Source of the DNA: Calditrichota bacterium
Lineage (GTDB): Bacteria; Electryoneota; B3-LCP
Assembly: GCA_020051775.1 (NCBI GenBank)
Contig: JAGVQJ010000069.1
Span: 15,235-79,234, forward strand
DNA length: 64,000 nt
Direction of reading: 5' to 3'
Part shown: piece by piece, positions 29,108 through 39,128 of the stretch
Layout of the letters: every line of letters starts with the position of its first letter
Position numbering within the stretch: the first letter of the stretch is position 1
The notes under the pieces: model-generated
The model's input: only the letters and a program-made list of their open reading frames with translations
Told to the model about the DNA's origin: nothing
Database searches by the model: none
Made by a program: the position numbers and the translations under genes

Positions 29108-30607
29108 ATGGCAGAAAATAACTCTTTGATGGATCCTCAGCAGCTTAAGGCCTTGGTCGAAGTGGGGCAGGCGATTAACTCCATTTCGCAGAAGGAGCCC
29201 CTTCTGCAGAAGGTTTTGGATATTGCCACTGAGGCGATTCAAGCTGAACGCGGATTTCTGCTTTTACGCAACGACTCCACGCATGAAATGCGGATCGTTG
29301 TGGCTCGCAATATCAGCGAGCATCAAGCAGCGGATATCCTACGGCCCTCCTCCAGCGTCGTCAATCAGGTTTTGGATAGCAACGTCGGCGTGTGGTCGGT
29401 TAAACCTCTGGAGGATTTTGGAGGCTCCCAATCAGTAATGAACATGAAACTAACTGCAGTGGCTTGCGTCCCCTTGGTGTTGAAAGGGACGCCCATTGGC
29501 GCCATTTACCTGGATAGCACCATCAACCGCCAGCAGTTTAACAATACTACGTTGAACTTTTTACAGGCCTTCGCCAATCAGGCGGCCATCGCCATCGAAA
29601 ACGCCAATTTTATCGAAGAGCTACAACTTGAAAAAAATTGGCTGCAATCCGAACTGGAACGCACTTATGCCTTCCGCGAGATTATCGGGGCCAGTCCTAA
29701 GATGCAGGCCGTTTTCGACATCATGCGCAAGATCCTGAATTCCGATATCTCCGTTCTTCTGGAAGGCGAATCCGGCACCGGTAAGGAATTGGTCGCCAGG
29801 GCTATCCATTACAATAGCCACCGCAAGGACAAGTCCTTTGTGGCACAGTTTTGCGGCAACCTGTCGGAGAATTTGCTGGAAAGCGAATTGTTCGGTCATA
29901 AGAAGGGTTCCTTCACTGGGGCCATCAACGACAAACGCGGATTGTTCGAGGTGGCCGATGGGGGCACTTTCTTCTTAGATGAGATCGCCGATATCAGCCC
30001 GGTCATACAGGCCAAGTTGCTGCGCGTCCTGCAGGAAGGTACCTTCCGGCGTGTGGGCGATACCGAATATCGCAAGGTGGACGTGCGCATTATTTCTGCC
30101 ACCAATAAAAATCTCAAGGTCGAAGTAAAGAAAAGCAATTTTCGCGAAGACCTATTCTATCGTTTGAATGTCATCACTATCACCATGCCGCCGCTGCGCG
30201 AGCGCCGCAGTGACATCCCGCTCTTGGTGCAACACTTCCTGCGTAAAATCGCCGATAAATCAGGCCAGAAAGTCAAACGGCTTGCGCCCGAAGCGATCCG
30301 CGCTCTGACTAACTATAACTGGCCGGGAAACGTTCGCGAGTTGGAAAACACGATCGAACGTGCCGTCGTTCTCTCCGGGGAAGAGTCCATCACTTTGAAA
30401 GAATTGATCATACCGGAATCTGACGGCGACGGACTGAAGTCCAAAACGCTTAAAGAACAGGAAAAAGAGATAGTGATCAAGGTGTTGGACGAGTGCGAAG
30501 GCAACAAAACCAAGACCGCCGAAGTTCTAGGAGTGTCACTGCGCTGGCTGCATTATAAACTAAATGAATGGCAGGTAGTCAAACCCGTACGATCCATTCA
30601 GGAATGA
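29108..30607 (+). CDS. Sigma54-dependent transcriptional activator, GAF-AAA+-HTH (Fis family)
   Basis: 499 aa. N-terminal GAF-like region, Walker A GESGTGKE, GAFTGA-type loop (GSFTGA), Walker B FFLDEI, C-terminal HTH. Confidence 0.9.
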   Translation: MAENNSLMDPQQLKALVEVGQAINSISQKEPLLQKVLDIATEAIQAERGFLLLRNDSTHEMRIVVARNISEHQAADILRPSSSVVNQVLDSNVGVWSVKPLEDFGGSQSVMNMKLTAVACVPLVLKGTPIGAIYLDSTINRQQFNNTTLNFLQAFANQAAIAIENANFIEELQLEKNWLQSELERTYAFREIIGASPKMQAVFDIMRKILNSDISVLLEGESGTGKELVARAIHYNSHRKDKSFVAQFCGNLSENLLESELFGHKKGSFTGAINDKRGLFEVADGGTFFLDEIADISPVIQAKLLRVLQEGTFRRVGDTEYRKVDVRIISATNKNLKVEVKKSNFREDLFYRLNVITITMPPLRERRSDIPLLVQHFLRKIADKSGQKVKRLAPEAIRALTNYNWPGNVRELENTIERAVVLSGEESITLKELIIPESDGDGLKSKTLKEQEKEIVIKVLDECEGNKTKTAEVLGVSLRWLHYKLNEWQVVKPVRSIQE

Positions 30608-30644
30608 CCCTGAAAAACTTGAATTTCCACAACCTGCAGAAAGA

Positions 30645-32459
30645 ATGATCCCGGAAGGAGAATTCGAGGGCTTCCGCGTTGAGGAGGTGCTTTCGCGCAG
30701 CAGCACAGCAACGGTTTATCGCGCCTTCCAGCATTCATTGAAGCGTCCCGTACTGATCAAGGAATTGCGTCCCGAACTCATCCAGGATAAGGATGTCCTG
30801 GAGCGATTTGAGCGCGAGGCTCAAGTATGCGCTCGAATCAAGCACGAGAACATCGTGGATATCTACGACCGTTCCATGCAGAAAGACCGCATTTTCTTGA
30901 TAATGGAGTACGTTAAGGGAGGTTCGCTGGAATCGTTGCTGGCGGATTATCCTCGCGTGCCTCCCACATTGGCGCTGGCGATCATTCTTCAGACCCTGCG
31001 AGGCTTGGCTTATGCCCATTCCCAGGGCGTTATACATCGCGACATCAAACCCGGTAATATTCTTATATCCCGAGACGGCTGGGTTAAAATCACAGACTTT
31101 GGCTTGTCTATGCTGGAAGGCGCGCCCGGCATCACGCAACCGGGAGCGGTGGTGGGGACGCCGGCCTATCTGGCGCCTGAAGCCATCAGCGGTGCCGCTA
31201 TCACCCAAGCCAGCGATATTTTTTCTTTGGGCGTCACTTTCTACCAGCTATTGACAGGCCAGAAAATATTCTACGCGGAACACTTCTCGGACAGCCTGAA
31301 AAAGGTCTTGAACTATCATCCCCCGCCGCTGGGACAATGGCGCGATGATCTTTCTCCTGAACTTGACCGCATCGTCCTGCGGATGCTGGAAAAGCAGCCA
31401 TCCAAACGTTGGTCAAACGCCGGCGACATTCTCAGCGCACTGGAAAATCAAGGATTGACCGCGAATTTAAGCAATCCAAAGCAGATAATCCGCGAATATT
31501 GGGAGAATCCGAATGACCACCAGCAAGAGGTAACACCTTCACCCACAAACCACTACTTAAAAGTCCGAAAACGCGGAAAGTTAATCCGTTGGCTGTCTCT
31601 CGCCATATTCGTTCTGGCGGTAATAGTATTTGTAATGATGCGTCGTGAGCCTGTTCCGATAATTAACGAAGGCTTGAAATCCCAGACCCCCGGGATTATG
31701 ACCACCGATACGGTAAAGAGCCTCACAGCCCGACCGCAATCGGATACCCTCAATCGTGAAACCATTAATCAAGATACCTTGGCCATTCGAGCCGGTGCCA
31801 AGCCGGACGCCAATCAAAGTGGTGATCGGTCTTCGGTTTCTCGGACCGATCCCATTAAGATCGAACCCAAACCAACACCGATAAAAGCGCCGTCAAAACA
31901 GGAACCCCCACCGGTCCAGCTTGCCGACGCTCGTCCGGCTCGTCTCAAAGTGCAGTGCGACCCCTGGGCGGACGTCTATATGGATGATGTGTTGATTGAT
32001 AAAACTCCCTTTGAATCGGCTTCGATAACTCCCGGCCGACACCAATTGGCCTTTCGTCACCCTGCTTTCCCCCCGGTTTTTCGAGAAATTGACGCCAAAC
32101 CTGGTCAGGATATTCAATTGAATGTCAACCTCTGGAGTACTGTGGGGCGCATTTATGTTTTGGTGGATACTTGGGCAGAAATTCACGTTGATGGCCGCAA
32201 AGTAGGTGTGACGCCTCTTCAGGAACCCTTGATTGTCCCCCTTGGAGTCCATAAAATAGAGTTGAAAAATCCCAATTTTCCTCTCTGGGAAAGGGATATA
32301 ACTTTTCAACGGGATGATCCTCCCTGTACCTTGAAAGTGGATTTTAAAACCCCTCATGGATTACTTACACCTCAAGAACATCCCGTCCAGTCCCCAGCGG
32401 ATTCTCTGCGGTTGGGCAGCAATGTTGGCACTGTGGGCGGTGATTCCCTGCGTCCTTAG
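30645..32459 (+). CDS. Ser/Thr protein kinase with C-terminal PEGA domains
   Basis: 604 aa. HRDIKPGNIL, DFGLS, APE motifs; a TM segment; two C-terminal PEGA-like modules (KVQCDPWADVYMDDVLIDKTPF..ITPGRHQLAF; IYVLVDTWAEIHVDGRKVGVTPL). Confidence 0.85.
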   Translation: MIPEGEFEGFRVEEVLSRSSTATVYRAFQHSLKRPVLIKELRPELIQDKDVLERFEREAQVCARIKHENIVDIYDRSMQKDRIFLIMEYVKGGSLESLLADYPRVPPTLALAIILQTLRGLAYAHSQGVIHRDIKPGNILISRDGWVKITDFGLSMLEGAPGITQPGAVVGTPAYLAPEAISGAAITQASDIFSLGVTFYQLLTGQKIFYAEHFSDSLKKVLNYHPPPLGQWRDDLSPELDRIVLRMLEKQPSKRWSNAGDILSALENQGLTANLSNPKQIIREYWENPNDHQQEVTPSPTNHYLKVRKRGKLIRWLSLAIFVLAVIVFVMMRREPVPIINEGLKSQTPGIMTTDTVKSLTARPQSDTLNRETINQDTLAIRAGAKPDANQSGDRSSVSRTDPIKIEPKPTPIKAPSKQEPPPVQLADARPARLKVQCDPWADVYMDDVLIDKTPFESASITPGRHQLAFRHPAFPPVFREIDAKPGQDIQLNVNLWSTVGRIYVLVDTWAEIHVDGRKVGVTPLQEPLIVPLGVHKIELKNPNFPLWERDITFQRDDPPCTLKVDFKTPHGLLTPQEHPVQSPADSLRLGSNVGTVGGDSLRP

Positions 32460-33198
32460 TTTGACCACGGAACTTCAGGCACAGGCAGAAAAATCCAGCG
32501 CTGTAGAAGTGGTGGAATCGCTCTACAATGAAGGGCGTTTCCGCGACGCCGAGCTCACCGCTCTTCGAACTCTTCAGGAGCCTTCTGACTTGGCCGCCGT
32601 AGATCGGGGACGGATTCACAGAGCGTTGGGATTTACCTACGTGGCTATGGGTGAAAATGACAAAGCTCGCAGTCAGTTCACCGAATGGCTGGTCATTGAT
32701 CCTCTGGCGCAATTGGATTCGGTCTATGTATCACCGAAGATCATTACTGTATTTCGCGAAGCGCAAACCGCCTTAAAACAGATGCGCGAACCAGCCCGCG
32801 ACCCAGCGGGATTGAGGACCCAACTTTCCGCTACGAAGCGTTCGATGCTGTTCCCCGGCTTGGGTCAGCTTTACACTGGGAAACAGACCAAAGGTATTGC
32901 CATGTTTGCTTCCGAAATATTGCTGTTAGGCGCTTTCGCATACTGTCAGGTTCAATATAGCCAGGCGCGGGACGATTATTTTCAAGAGCGCGATCCTGCT
33001 CAAATGTCCGACCGATACTCTACATACAATAATTATAACCGGGCACGGTATGCCACTCTGGCTTTAGCGGCCGGTGTCTATTTTTATTCTCTTTACGATG
33101 CCCTCTCCAATGAACCTCCCAAGCCGGTGACCAGCCCGCTCACTTTATCCATCTGGCCACAGCCGAATCGAATGGTCACACTCACTTTGCGCTATTAA
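32422..33198 (+). CDS. Hypothetical secreted/membrane TPR-like protein (DUF5683-like C-terminus)
   Basis: Track ORF from 32356 overlaps the kinase gene. ATG at 32422 gives MLALWAVIPCVLSL signal. C-terminal LFPGLGQLYTGKQTKG motif. Confidence 0.45.
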   Translation: MLALWAVIPCVLSLTTELQAQAEKSSAVEVVESLYNEGRFRDAELTALRTLQEPSDLAAVDRGRIHRALGFTYVAMGENDKARSQFTEWLVIDPLAQLDSVYVSPKIITVFREAQTALKQMREPARDPAGLRTQLSATKRSMLFPGLGQLYTGKQTKGIAMFASEILLLGAFAYCQVQYSQARDDYFQERDPAQMSDRYSTYNNYNRARYATLALAAGVYFYSLYDALSNEPPKPVTSPLTLSIWPQPNRMVTLTLRY

Positions 33199-33289
33199 AT
33201 TGTGCATATCTTGCAGACTCTACATCCAATTCGCAGGCATGGTTATAGGTAACGAACGCAAACCATGCGAAGTTACCCGTATTAGCAAT

Positions 33290-33305
33290 TGGCACAGGTT
33301 TTGTA
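33290..33305 (+). promoter_or_regulatory. Candidate sigma54 (-24/-12) promoter TGGCAC-N5-TTGTA
   Basis: TGGCACaggttTTGTA: -24 element perfect, -12 element has GT instead of the consensus GC. A sigma54 activator gene lies 3 kb upstream. Confidence 0.3.
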
Positions 33306-33340
33306 ATTACTTGCAGGTGAACAGGAGGTCCAAGCACTGA

Positions 33341-33480
33341 AACGGTTGCGGTAGCCAAGCACTGAGTACAACACGGTTAACACGGATTGAATTCGGCACG
33401 GTTCGCTTTGGTTTGAAAACGGCACGGTTCTCACGAGCTGAATGAAGCACGGTTTCCTTGATTTGCATGACTTAACGGTT
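33341..33480 (+). repeat. Array of 7 direct repeats with core (G)CACGGTT; the last four are phased at 25-26 nt
   Basis: Cores at 33341, 33372, 33381, 33396, 33422, 33447, 33473. Non-coding; lies between the candidate sigma54 promoter and a strong terminator. Confidence 0.6.
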
Positions 33481-33560
33481 TACGACCTCAAAAGCCGAGG
33501 GGAGATCACCTGCAGTGAGATGATGGACGGGATACCTTGTTGCACCTCCCACTTCGGGAA

Positions 33561-33596
33561 CACCGATGCGCACATGGCGCATCGGTGTTTTTTTTG
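33561..33596 (+). terminator. Rho-independent terminator
   Basis: caccgatgcgc-acatg-gcgcatcggtg followed by T8. Confidence 0.8.
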
Positions 33597-33670
33597 ATGT
33601 ACCTCTTGCGTAGGCGCGGTTAATTTCGTATTTTAATACTATAACACGAATCCTAATCCAGGGTAATACC

Positions 33671-35680
33671 ATGAAATGCACCATGATCTTGCTTACTGTT
33701 GCGGCGCTCGCAATACTTTCCTTACCGCAATTCTCAATCCAGGCCGGCAGCATTCATCCCGCACTGATGGGTCCCAATCGGTTTATCCTGGAAGGCGATT
33801 CGGTGGACGTATGGGTATTGTTTCGTGACCGGGGGTTTGAAAGCTCCCAGGCTCTGGAAGATGCCCTTCTCAGAGCGGAGCGCAGCCTGTCACTCCGTGC
33901 CGCTGATCGCCGAGCGAAAATGCGCAGGGGATCATTGGTTACTGAAAGCGATTTGCCTGTAAATGCTGAATTTGTGCGACAAATTCTCGACGTGGGTGGA
34001 CGCTTTCGCACTGTCAGCCGTACGATCAATGGTCTATCGGTGAGACTACCGCGAATACTCCTGGAAAAGGTAGCCAAATTCCCCTTTGTCGCCAAGATCC
34101 AACCGGTGGCCAAAGGCTGGCGATATGAACCGCAGACTGAATGGATCGAGGGGATGGGGGAGACCCCCAACCAAATGGATGAGACTGATCGGCTCAACTA
34201 TGGCAATTCCCTAAACCAGTTGAATCAGATCAACGTGGTGGCAGCGCATGACGCCGGATGGACCGGCCTGGGGGTTCTCGTCGGCATGCTCGACACCGGC
34301 TTTTACCGCCCGCACCAGGCGCTGGTCAATCAACCGGTCATTGCCCAATATGATTTCATCCAAGGGGACACCACGGTCATAAATCAGACTGGCGATGACC
34401 CGAATCAGCACAATCATGGCACCTATACCTGGTCAACCCTGGGAGGAGCCTATTCCGGCAGTTTATACGGTCCTGCCTATCAATCCCAATTTATTTTAGG
34501 AAAGACAGAAAGCGTTGCATTTGAACAACCGGTCGAAGAGGATTGGTATGTGGCTGGTATGGAATGGGAAGATAGCTTGGGAGTCGCCGTGATCTCCACC
34601 TCGTTGGGTTATCTGGACTGGTATCAATTCTCCAACATGAACGGTTTAACGGCGGTAACGACCATCTGCGTGAATCAGACGGTGGCCAATGGCGTGGTCT
34701 GCGTAACGGCCAACGGCAACGAGAACGGCTCATCCTGGGATCACATTATCGCCCCATCCGATGCCTTTGCAGTCATTGCCTGCGGAGCTGTCAACAGTAC
34801 CGGCACGATCGCCAGCTTCAGCTCGCATGGCCCCACCTACGACGGACGCATCAAGCCGGAGGTCTGCGCCCGCGGCGTCAGCACCTGGTGCGCAACACCC
34901 ACCTCCATCAGCAGCTATAGCGGAGTAAGCGGCACCTCGCTGTCTACACCGTTGGTTGGGGGAGCTTGCGCCCTGGTAGTGCAGGCGCATCCTACCTGGA
35001 CGCCCATTCAAATCCGTGCCGCCCTCATGAATACGGCCGATAATCACACCTCCCCCGATAATATTTACGGTTGGGGTGTCATTGATGTCATGGCGGCCAT
35101 CGCCTACAACTTCCCGCCCAACATTCTGGTACAGAATCCTCAAGCCGGCCCCCTCGTTGTCCCCACGGATAGCATCGTCAACTTCAGCGTGATTGTGATG
35201 GATTCCCTGGGCGGCAGCCTGACTTATCACTGGTGGATTGATGAGAACGAATTGGTAGCCGGTCCGGATTCAACGTTCCGGTATCGGTGGCAACAGGCGG
35301 ATACCAGTGTAGTCAAATGCGTAGTGATCAACGAAGAAGGCGGCAGCGATAGCACCGACTGGGACGTTCAGGTTTATATGCCTCTGGGGGTAGTCAATCC
35401 TGAATTGGCCGCGCCGCAGGAGTTTGCGCTGCACAACCCACATCCAAACCCCTTCAATCCTTCCACCACCCTCAGATATCAGGTATCAGCTTTCAGCCAT
35501 GTCAACTTAAAGGTCTACGATACTGCCGGGCGGTTGGTCAGTACCCTGGTGGATAACTGGCAGCCGGCAGGAACTCACCAGGTTAATTTCGATGCTTCCA
35601 GTCTAGCAGCCGGCGTCTATCTGGCGCGGATGACAGCGGGGGACTTCACAGCGACGCAGAAATTGGTGCTGGTGAAATAG
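33671..35680 (+). CDS. Subtilisin-like serine peptidase (S8) with T9SS C-terminal domain
   Basis: 669 aa. Signal peptide. Asp (VGMLDTG), His (NHGTY) and Ser (GTSLSTPLVGG) catalytic motifs. C-terminal FPNPFNPSTTLRYQV...KLVLVK sorting domain. Confidence 0.85.
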   Translation: MKCTMILLTVAALAILSLPQFSIQAGSIHPALMGPNRFILEGDSVDVWVLFRDRGFESSQALEDALLRAERSLSLRAADRRAKMRRGSLVTESDLPVNAEFVRQILDVGGRFRTVSRTINGLSVRLPRILLEKVAKFPFVAKIQPVAKGWRYEPQTEWIEGMGETPNQMDETDRLNYGNSLNQLNQINVVAAHDAGWTGLGVLVGMLDTGFYRPHQALVNQPVIAQYDFIQGDTTVINQTGDDPNQHNHGTYTWSTLGGAYSGSLYGPAYQSQFILGKTESVAFEQPVEEDWYVAGMEWEDSLGVAVISTSLGYLDWYQFSNMNGLTAVTTICVNQTVANGVVCVTANGNENGSSWDHIIAPSDAFAVIACGAVNSTGTIASFSSHGPTYDGRIKPEVCARGVSTWCATPTSISSYSGVSGTSLSTPLVGGACALVVQAHPTWTPIQIRAALMNTADNHTSPDNIYGWGVIDVMAAIAYNFPPNILVQNPQAGPLVVPTDSIVNFSVIVMDSLGGSLTYHWWIDENELVAGPDSTFRYRWQQADTSVVKCVVINEEGGSDSTDWDVQVYMPLGVVNPELAAPQEFALHNPHPNPFNPSTTLRYQVSAFSHVNLKVYDTAGRLVSTLVDNWQPAGTHQVNFDASSLAAGVYLARMTAGDFTATQKLVLVK

Positions 35681-35709
35681 TCACCTGATTCAAAATACAA
35701 GATCATTGT

Positions 35710-35745
35710 GAGGGTGCAGGGAAATGCGCCCTCTTTTTATTTTTG
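35710..35745 (+). terminator. Rho-independent terminator
   Basis: gagggtgcagggaaatgcgccctc followed by ttttt atttttg. Confidence 0.7.
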
Positions 35746-35906
35746 TACGCTCAGAAGTCTTGTCCTGCGCTTTATCAGTGATAAGTGGGGACGTTTGCCA
35801 TAGCGAAAATATTTTAGTAAATTACTTGATTTTGTCAATTTCTTCATGTAAATTGCAGTCTATTGTAACCTCAAAACTCTCAAATCACTGATCTTGGGAG
35901 CATATC

Positions 35907-38546
35907 ATGCGAAAAATCCCACCTTTAATTCTATCCTTGGTCCTGATTACCATCCCTGTCCATGCAGATACCCATATTCCCGCTGGACCGGTGTCAGGTT
36001 TTTGGGCTGCTTCCGGTTCACCCTACCTGATTGAAGGAACCATTACTGTGCTGGCCGGTGATTCGCTGACGATAGCTCCGGCATGTACGATTCTTTTTCA
36101 AGGGAACTACAAATTGATCGTGCAGGGCTGGCTCCTGGCGGTCGGTACTCAAGGTGATTCCATAATCTTTACCTCGAACAGTGCGAGCGCAAGCTGGCAT
36201 GGGCTCCGGTTCGAGAACTCCGCCGACAGCAGCCGACTCTCTTATTGTGTTATTCGCTATGGGGAAGCTTCCGGCGCGCACCCGGAATGCCGGGGGGGCG
36301 GCATATATTGCGATCATTCTCATCCCGTGATAGCCCATTGCAGTATCCGGCAAAACACGGCGGTGGATGGTGGAGGCCTATCCTGCTATAACTATTCCAA
36401 TCCCGTGATATCCCAATGTGCCATAACCGGCAACCAGGCCGGGATGGGAGGAGGCGTTCGACTAAAAGTCAACTCCAGTCCCTCTATCACCAATTGCCAA
36501 ATTCAAGGCAATGTGGCAGAATTCAATGGTGGAGGCATCAATTGCACTCAAAACTGCAATTCGATTATTCGATCCTGCGTTATCACCGGAAATCAGATCA
36601 CAGGAAGCCCGAGGAAGGGCGGCGGCATCTACTGTGATGCTTCGAGTCCCGTCGTAACCAATTGCACTATTACCAATAATTCTGCCTATAACGGCGGAGG
36701 AATCTTTCTTTATAATTCGACGGCGGTCATTGATAGCAACACGGTCACCGATAACATCGGAGCGGGATTGTACTACAAAGCAGCCGGCCCAGTCATTAGC
36801 CATGATCTGATTGCCGATAATTCGGTGGAAGGGATATTCGCAGATTCGTTAGGTTCCGGGATCATAACTGAATGCACGATTCAACATAACGCATGCGGCA
36901 TCCATTTAAACCATTCCAGCCCGGGAATTGTAAATTCCATTGTGACAGAGAATTTTAGTTTCATAGGCGCCGGGATATTATGCGAAAACGATTCCGATCC
37001 GCTAATCAGCCGCTGCCTTATTTCCAACAATGAAGCTTGGTACTCTGGCGGTGGCATCGCCATCGAAGGTTACTGCGATCCTCTGATTCAGTATTGTATA
37101 ATTTATAATAATAGCGCTGATGGAGTTTGGGGTGATATGGGCGGCGGTGGAATTTATTGCGGCTGGGAACAGGCGCCACAACCCACCATTAATAACTGTG
37201 TCCTCTATGGGAATACCACAGCTTGTAACGGTGGAGGCATCGGATATGACAACTTCTCGATTCCGCATGTTAGCGATTGCCTCTTTCAGAATAATTCTGC
37301 TGGAGGATATGGTGGTGGAATGAGTTGTATCCCTTCAACTTACGCTCAAATCAATCGCTGCCGATTCGTAGGAAATTCAGCGGCAAACGGCGGAGGAATT
37401 CGCATAAATTGCAGTCCGGTGTGTTTCTTGACAACATGCTCATTTGTTGATAACCAGGCGAATTCAGGTGGCGGTATGTACATTTTTGGGTATGAATCAA
37501 GTAACAGTCGTACAGTTGACAAATGTACCTTTTATGCAAATCGGGCGGCTGTCGGCAGTGGTATATATTGTTACTATAGTTGCGCAACTTTGTGGTTAAC
37601 TAACAGCATCCTCTGGGGTAATAGTCCTGTAAGCAACCAGTTGGTCTACAGTAGCGGAGGCGTCAGTTACAGTGATGTCCAGGGCGGATGGACAGGGGTG
37701 GGAAATATTAACGAAGACCCCGAATTTATAAGCGCCGCGAATTATGATACTCGTTTGTTGTCTAATTCGCCCTGCATTGATTCTGGAAATGCCAGCGTAA
37801 TCTACAACGATCCTGACGGAACTCGCGCTGATATGGGCGCTTTCTATTACGATCAGTCCCTGCCGCTGCGAGTATCCTTAAGGCCGCACGAGATCCCATC
37901 CTTGATTCCGACGGAAGGGGGGCGCTTGGATTACACCATATACCTGAGTAATCGAGAAAATGTCTCGCATCTGGCCCGAGTTTGGTGTGACCTCACTCTG
38001 CCTGATGGAACTATTTTCGGCCCGGTGCAGGACCCGCTGATAGTTACAGTCGGTCCTGGCCTGAATCTCAGTCGCAAGCGCAATCAGGCAATACCCGCCA
38101 CGGCTGCAATGGGGGTCTATCTTTTCAATGTATACGCCGTAGTTGGATCAGATACCTCAAAGGATAGCTTCATATTCGGGAAGTTGGGATCGGGGGCTCA
38201 GGGTTTGGGATGCGGCGGTTGGGCGATCACGGGTGATGATTTTGTCGGAGGGACAAACGCTACCGTGTCAACGTCGGGGTCGAGGATGCCCTCGACTATG
38301 ATGATTTTCCCCAACCCCTTCAATCCATCCACAGCTATCAGCTACCAGTTAACAGCTTTCAGCCACGTCAACTTAAAGGTCTACGATACGGCCGGGCGGT
38401 TGGTCACGACGCTGGTGGATAAGCAGGGGGAGGCGGGAGCGCACGAAGTAACATTTGATGGATCAGCGTTGGCTTCCGGGATTTATCTCGCGCGTCTAAC
38501 GGCAGGGGATTTCACCGCAACACAGAAATTGGTGTTGGTGAAGTAG
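35907..38546 (+). CDS. Secreted right-handed parallel beta-helix repeat protein with T9SS C-terminal domain
   Basis: 879 aa. Signal peptide. Many NxxGGGI(y/f) and CxITxN repeats. C-terminal ~80 aa nearly identical to the S8 peptidase CTD. Confidence 0.75.
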   Translation: MRKIPPLILSLVLITIPVHADTHIPAGPVSGFWAASGSPYLIEGTITVLAGDSLTIAPACTILFQGNYKLIVQGWLLAVGTQGDSIIFTSNSASASWHGLRFENSADSSRLSYCVIRYGEASGAHPECRGGGIYCDHSHPVIAHCSIRQNTAVDGGGLSCYNYSNPVISQCAITGNQAGMGGGVRLKVNSSPSITNCQIQGNVAEFNGGGINCTQNCNSIIRSCVITGNQITGSPRKGGGIYCDASSPVVTNCTITNNSAYNGGGIFLYNSTAVIDSNTVTDNIGAGLYYKAAGPVISHDLIADNSVEGIFADSLGSGIITECTIQHNACGIHLNHSSPGIVNSIVTENFSFIGAGILCENDSDPLISRCLISNNEAWYSGGGIAIEGYCDPLIQYCIIYNNSADGVWGDMGGGGIYCGWEQAPQPTINNCVLYGNTTACNGGGIGYDNFSIPHVSDCLFQNNSAGGYGGGMSCIPSTYAQINRCRFVGNSAANGGGIRINCSPVCFLTTCSFVDNQANSGGGMYIFGYESSNSRTVDKCTFYANRAAVGSGIYCYYSCATLWLTNSILWGNSPVSNQLVYSSGGVSYSDVQGGWTGVGNINEDPEFISAANYDTRLLSNSPCIDSGNASVIYNDPDGTRADMGAFYYDQSLPLRVSLRPHEIPSLIPTEGGRLDYTIYLSNRENVSHLARVWCDLTLPDGTIFGPVQDPLIVTVGPGLNLSRKRNQAIPATAAMGVYLFNVYAVVGSDTSKDSFIFGKLGSGAQGLGCGGWAITGDDFVGGTNATVSTSGSRMPSTMMIFPNPFNPSTAISYQLTAFSHVNLKVYDTAGRLVTTLVDKQGEAGAHEVTFDGSALASGIYLARLTAGDFTATQKLVLVK

Positions 38547-38561
38547 TTACAAGATCCCCCA

Positions 38562-38612
38562 GTCCCCCTTAATAGGGGGGAAAAAAACCGCAGCCTTTAC
38601 CGGCTGCGGTTT
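38562..38612. terminator. Bidirectional intrinsic terminator between convergent genes
   Basis: cccccttaatagggggg-aaaaaaa-ccgcagcctttaccggctgcggtttt. On the minus strand this reads as stem + T7 directly after the hydrogenase protease gene. Confidence 0.75.
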
Positions 38613-38666
38613 TCGATCTCCAGGGTGTCCGAAGCGCTTGGTCGCCTCGGATTGCGGGTCGAGCAT

Positions 38667-39128
38667 CTAATGCTCCTCCACCAAGTCCTCCTTGATCCTC
38701 TTTACGGCTTCCCCTACGCCATCCAGGACTGCCGACGAACATCCTTCTTGTAAAGTATAGGGATCTGCAACTTCAATTCCGTAAATTGTAATTTGCTCGG
38801 GGATCATCATCCCCATCATTTTCCCCAATTTCAGCGCTTCGGAAAAGCTCAAATCATGAAGGCAGGAGGCATGGAGATCGCCACTCAGCTCCTCCACTGA
38901 CATTTTCGTCACAGTTCCCGGTTCAGTGCGTCCGGTCATAAGGGCATCAATGATTATAGCTTTATCGAAACCGGTTATTTCATCCAGAATGCGCAATCCT
39001 CCGACGGAAGCGGTGCGAATTTCCACCTCTGGTGCGACGACCCATCTCCTCAATTGTTCCGCCGCCTCGCAACCAGCGCCGTCGTCGTAGAGGATGGGAT
39101 TACCCAAGCCCAGGATGACGGTTTTCAT
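38667..39128 (-). CDS. Hydrogenase maturation endopeptidase (HycI/HoxW family)
   Basis: 153 aa. MKTVILGLGNPILYDDGAGCEAAEQL typical of the family. Last gene of the hydrogenase operon. Confidence 0.8.
   Translation of the reverse strand: MKTVILGLGNPILYDDGAGCEAAEQLRRWVVAPEVEIRTASVGGLRILDEITGFDKAIIIDALMTGRTEPGTVTKMSVEELSGDLHASCLHDLSFSEALKLGKMMGMMIPEQITIYGIEVADPYTLQEGCSSAVLDGVGEAVKRIKEDLVEEH

Noticed and set aside
33341-33480. Considered whether the GCACGGTT repeat array is a CRISPR array
   Set aside because: Repeat units are only 8-9 nt, degenerate and irregularly spaced in the first half, with no cas genes nearby. Kept as a regulatory or ncRNA candidate instead.
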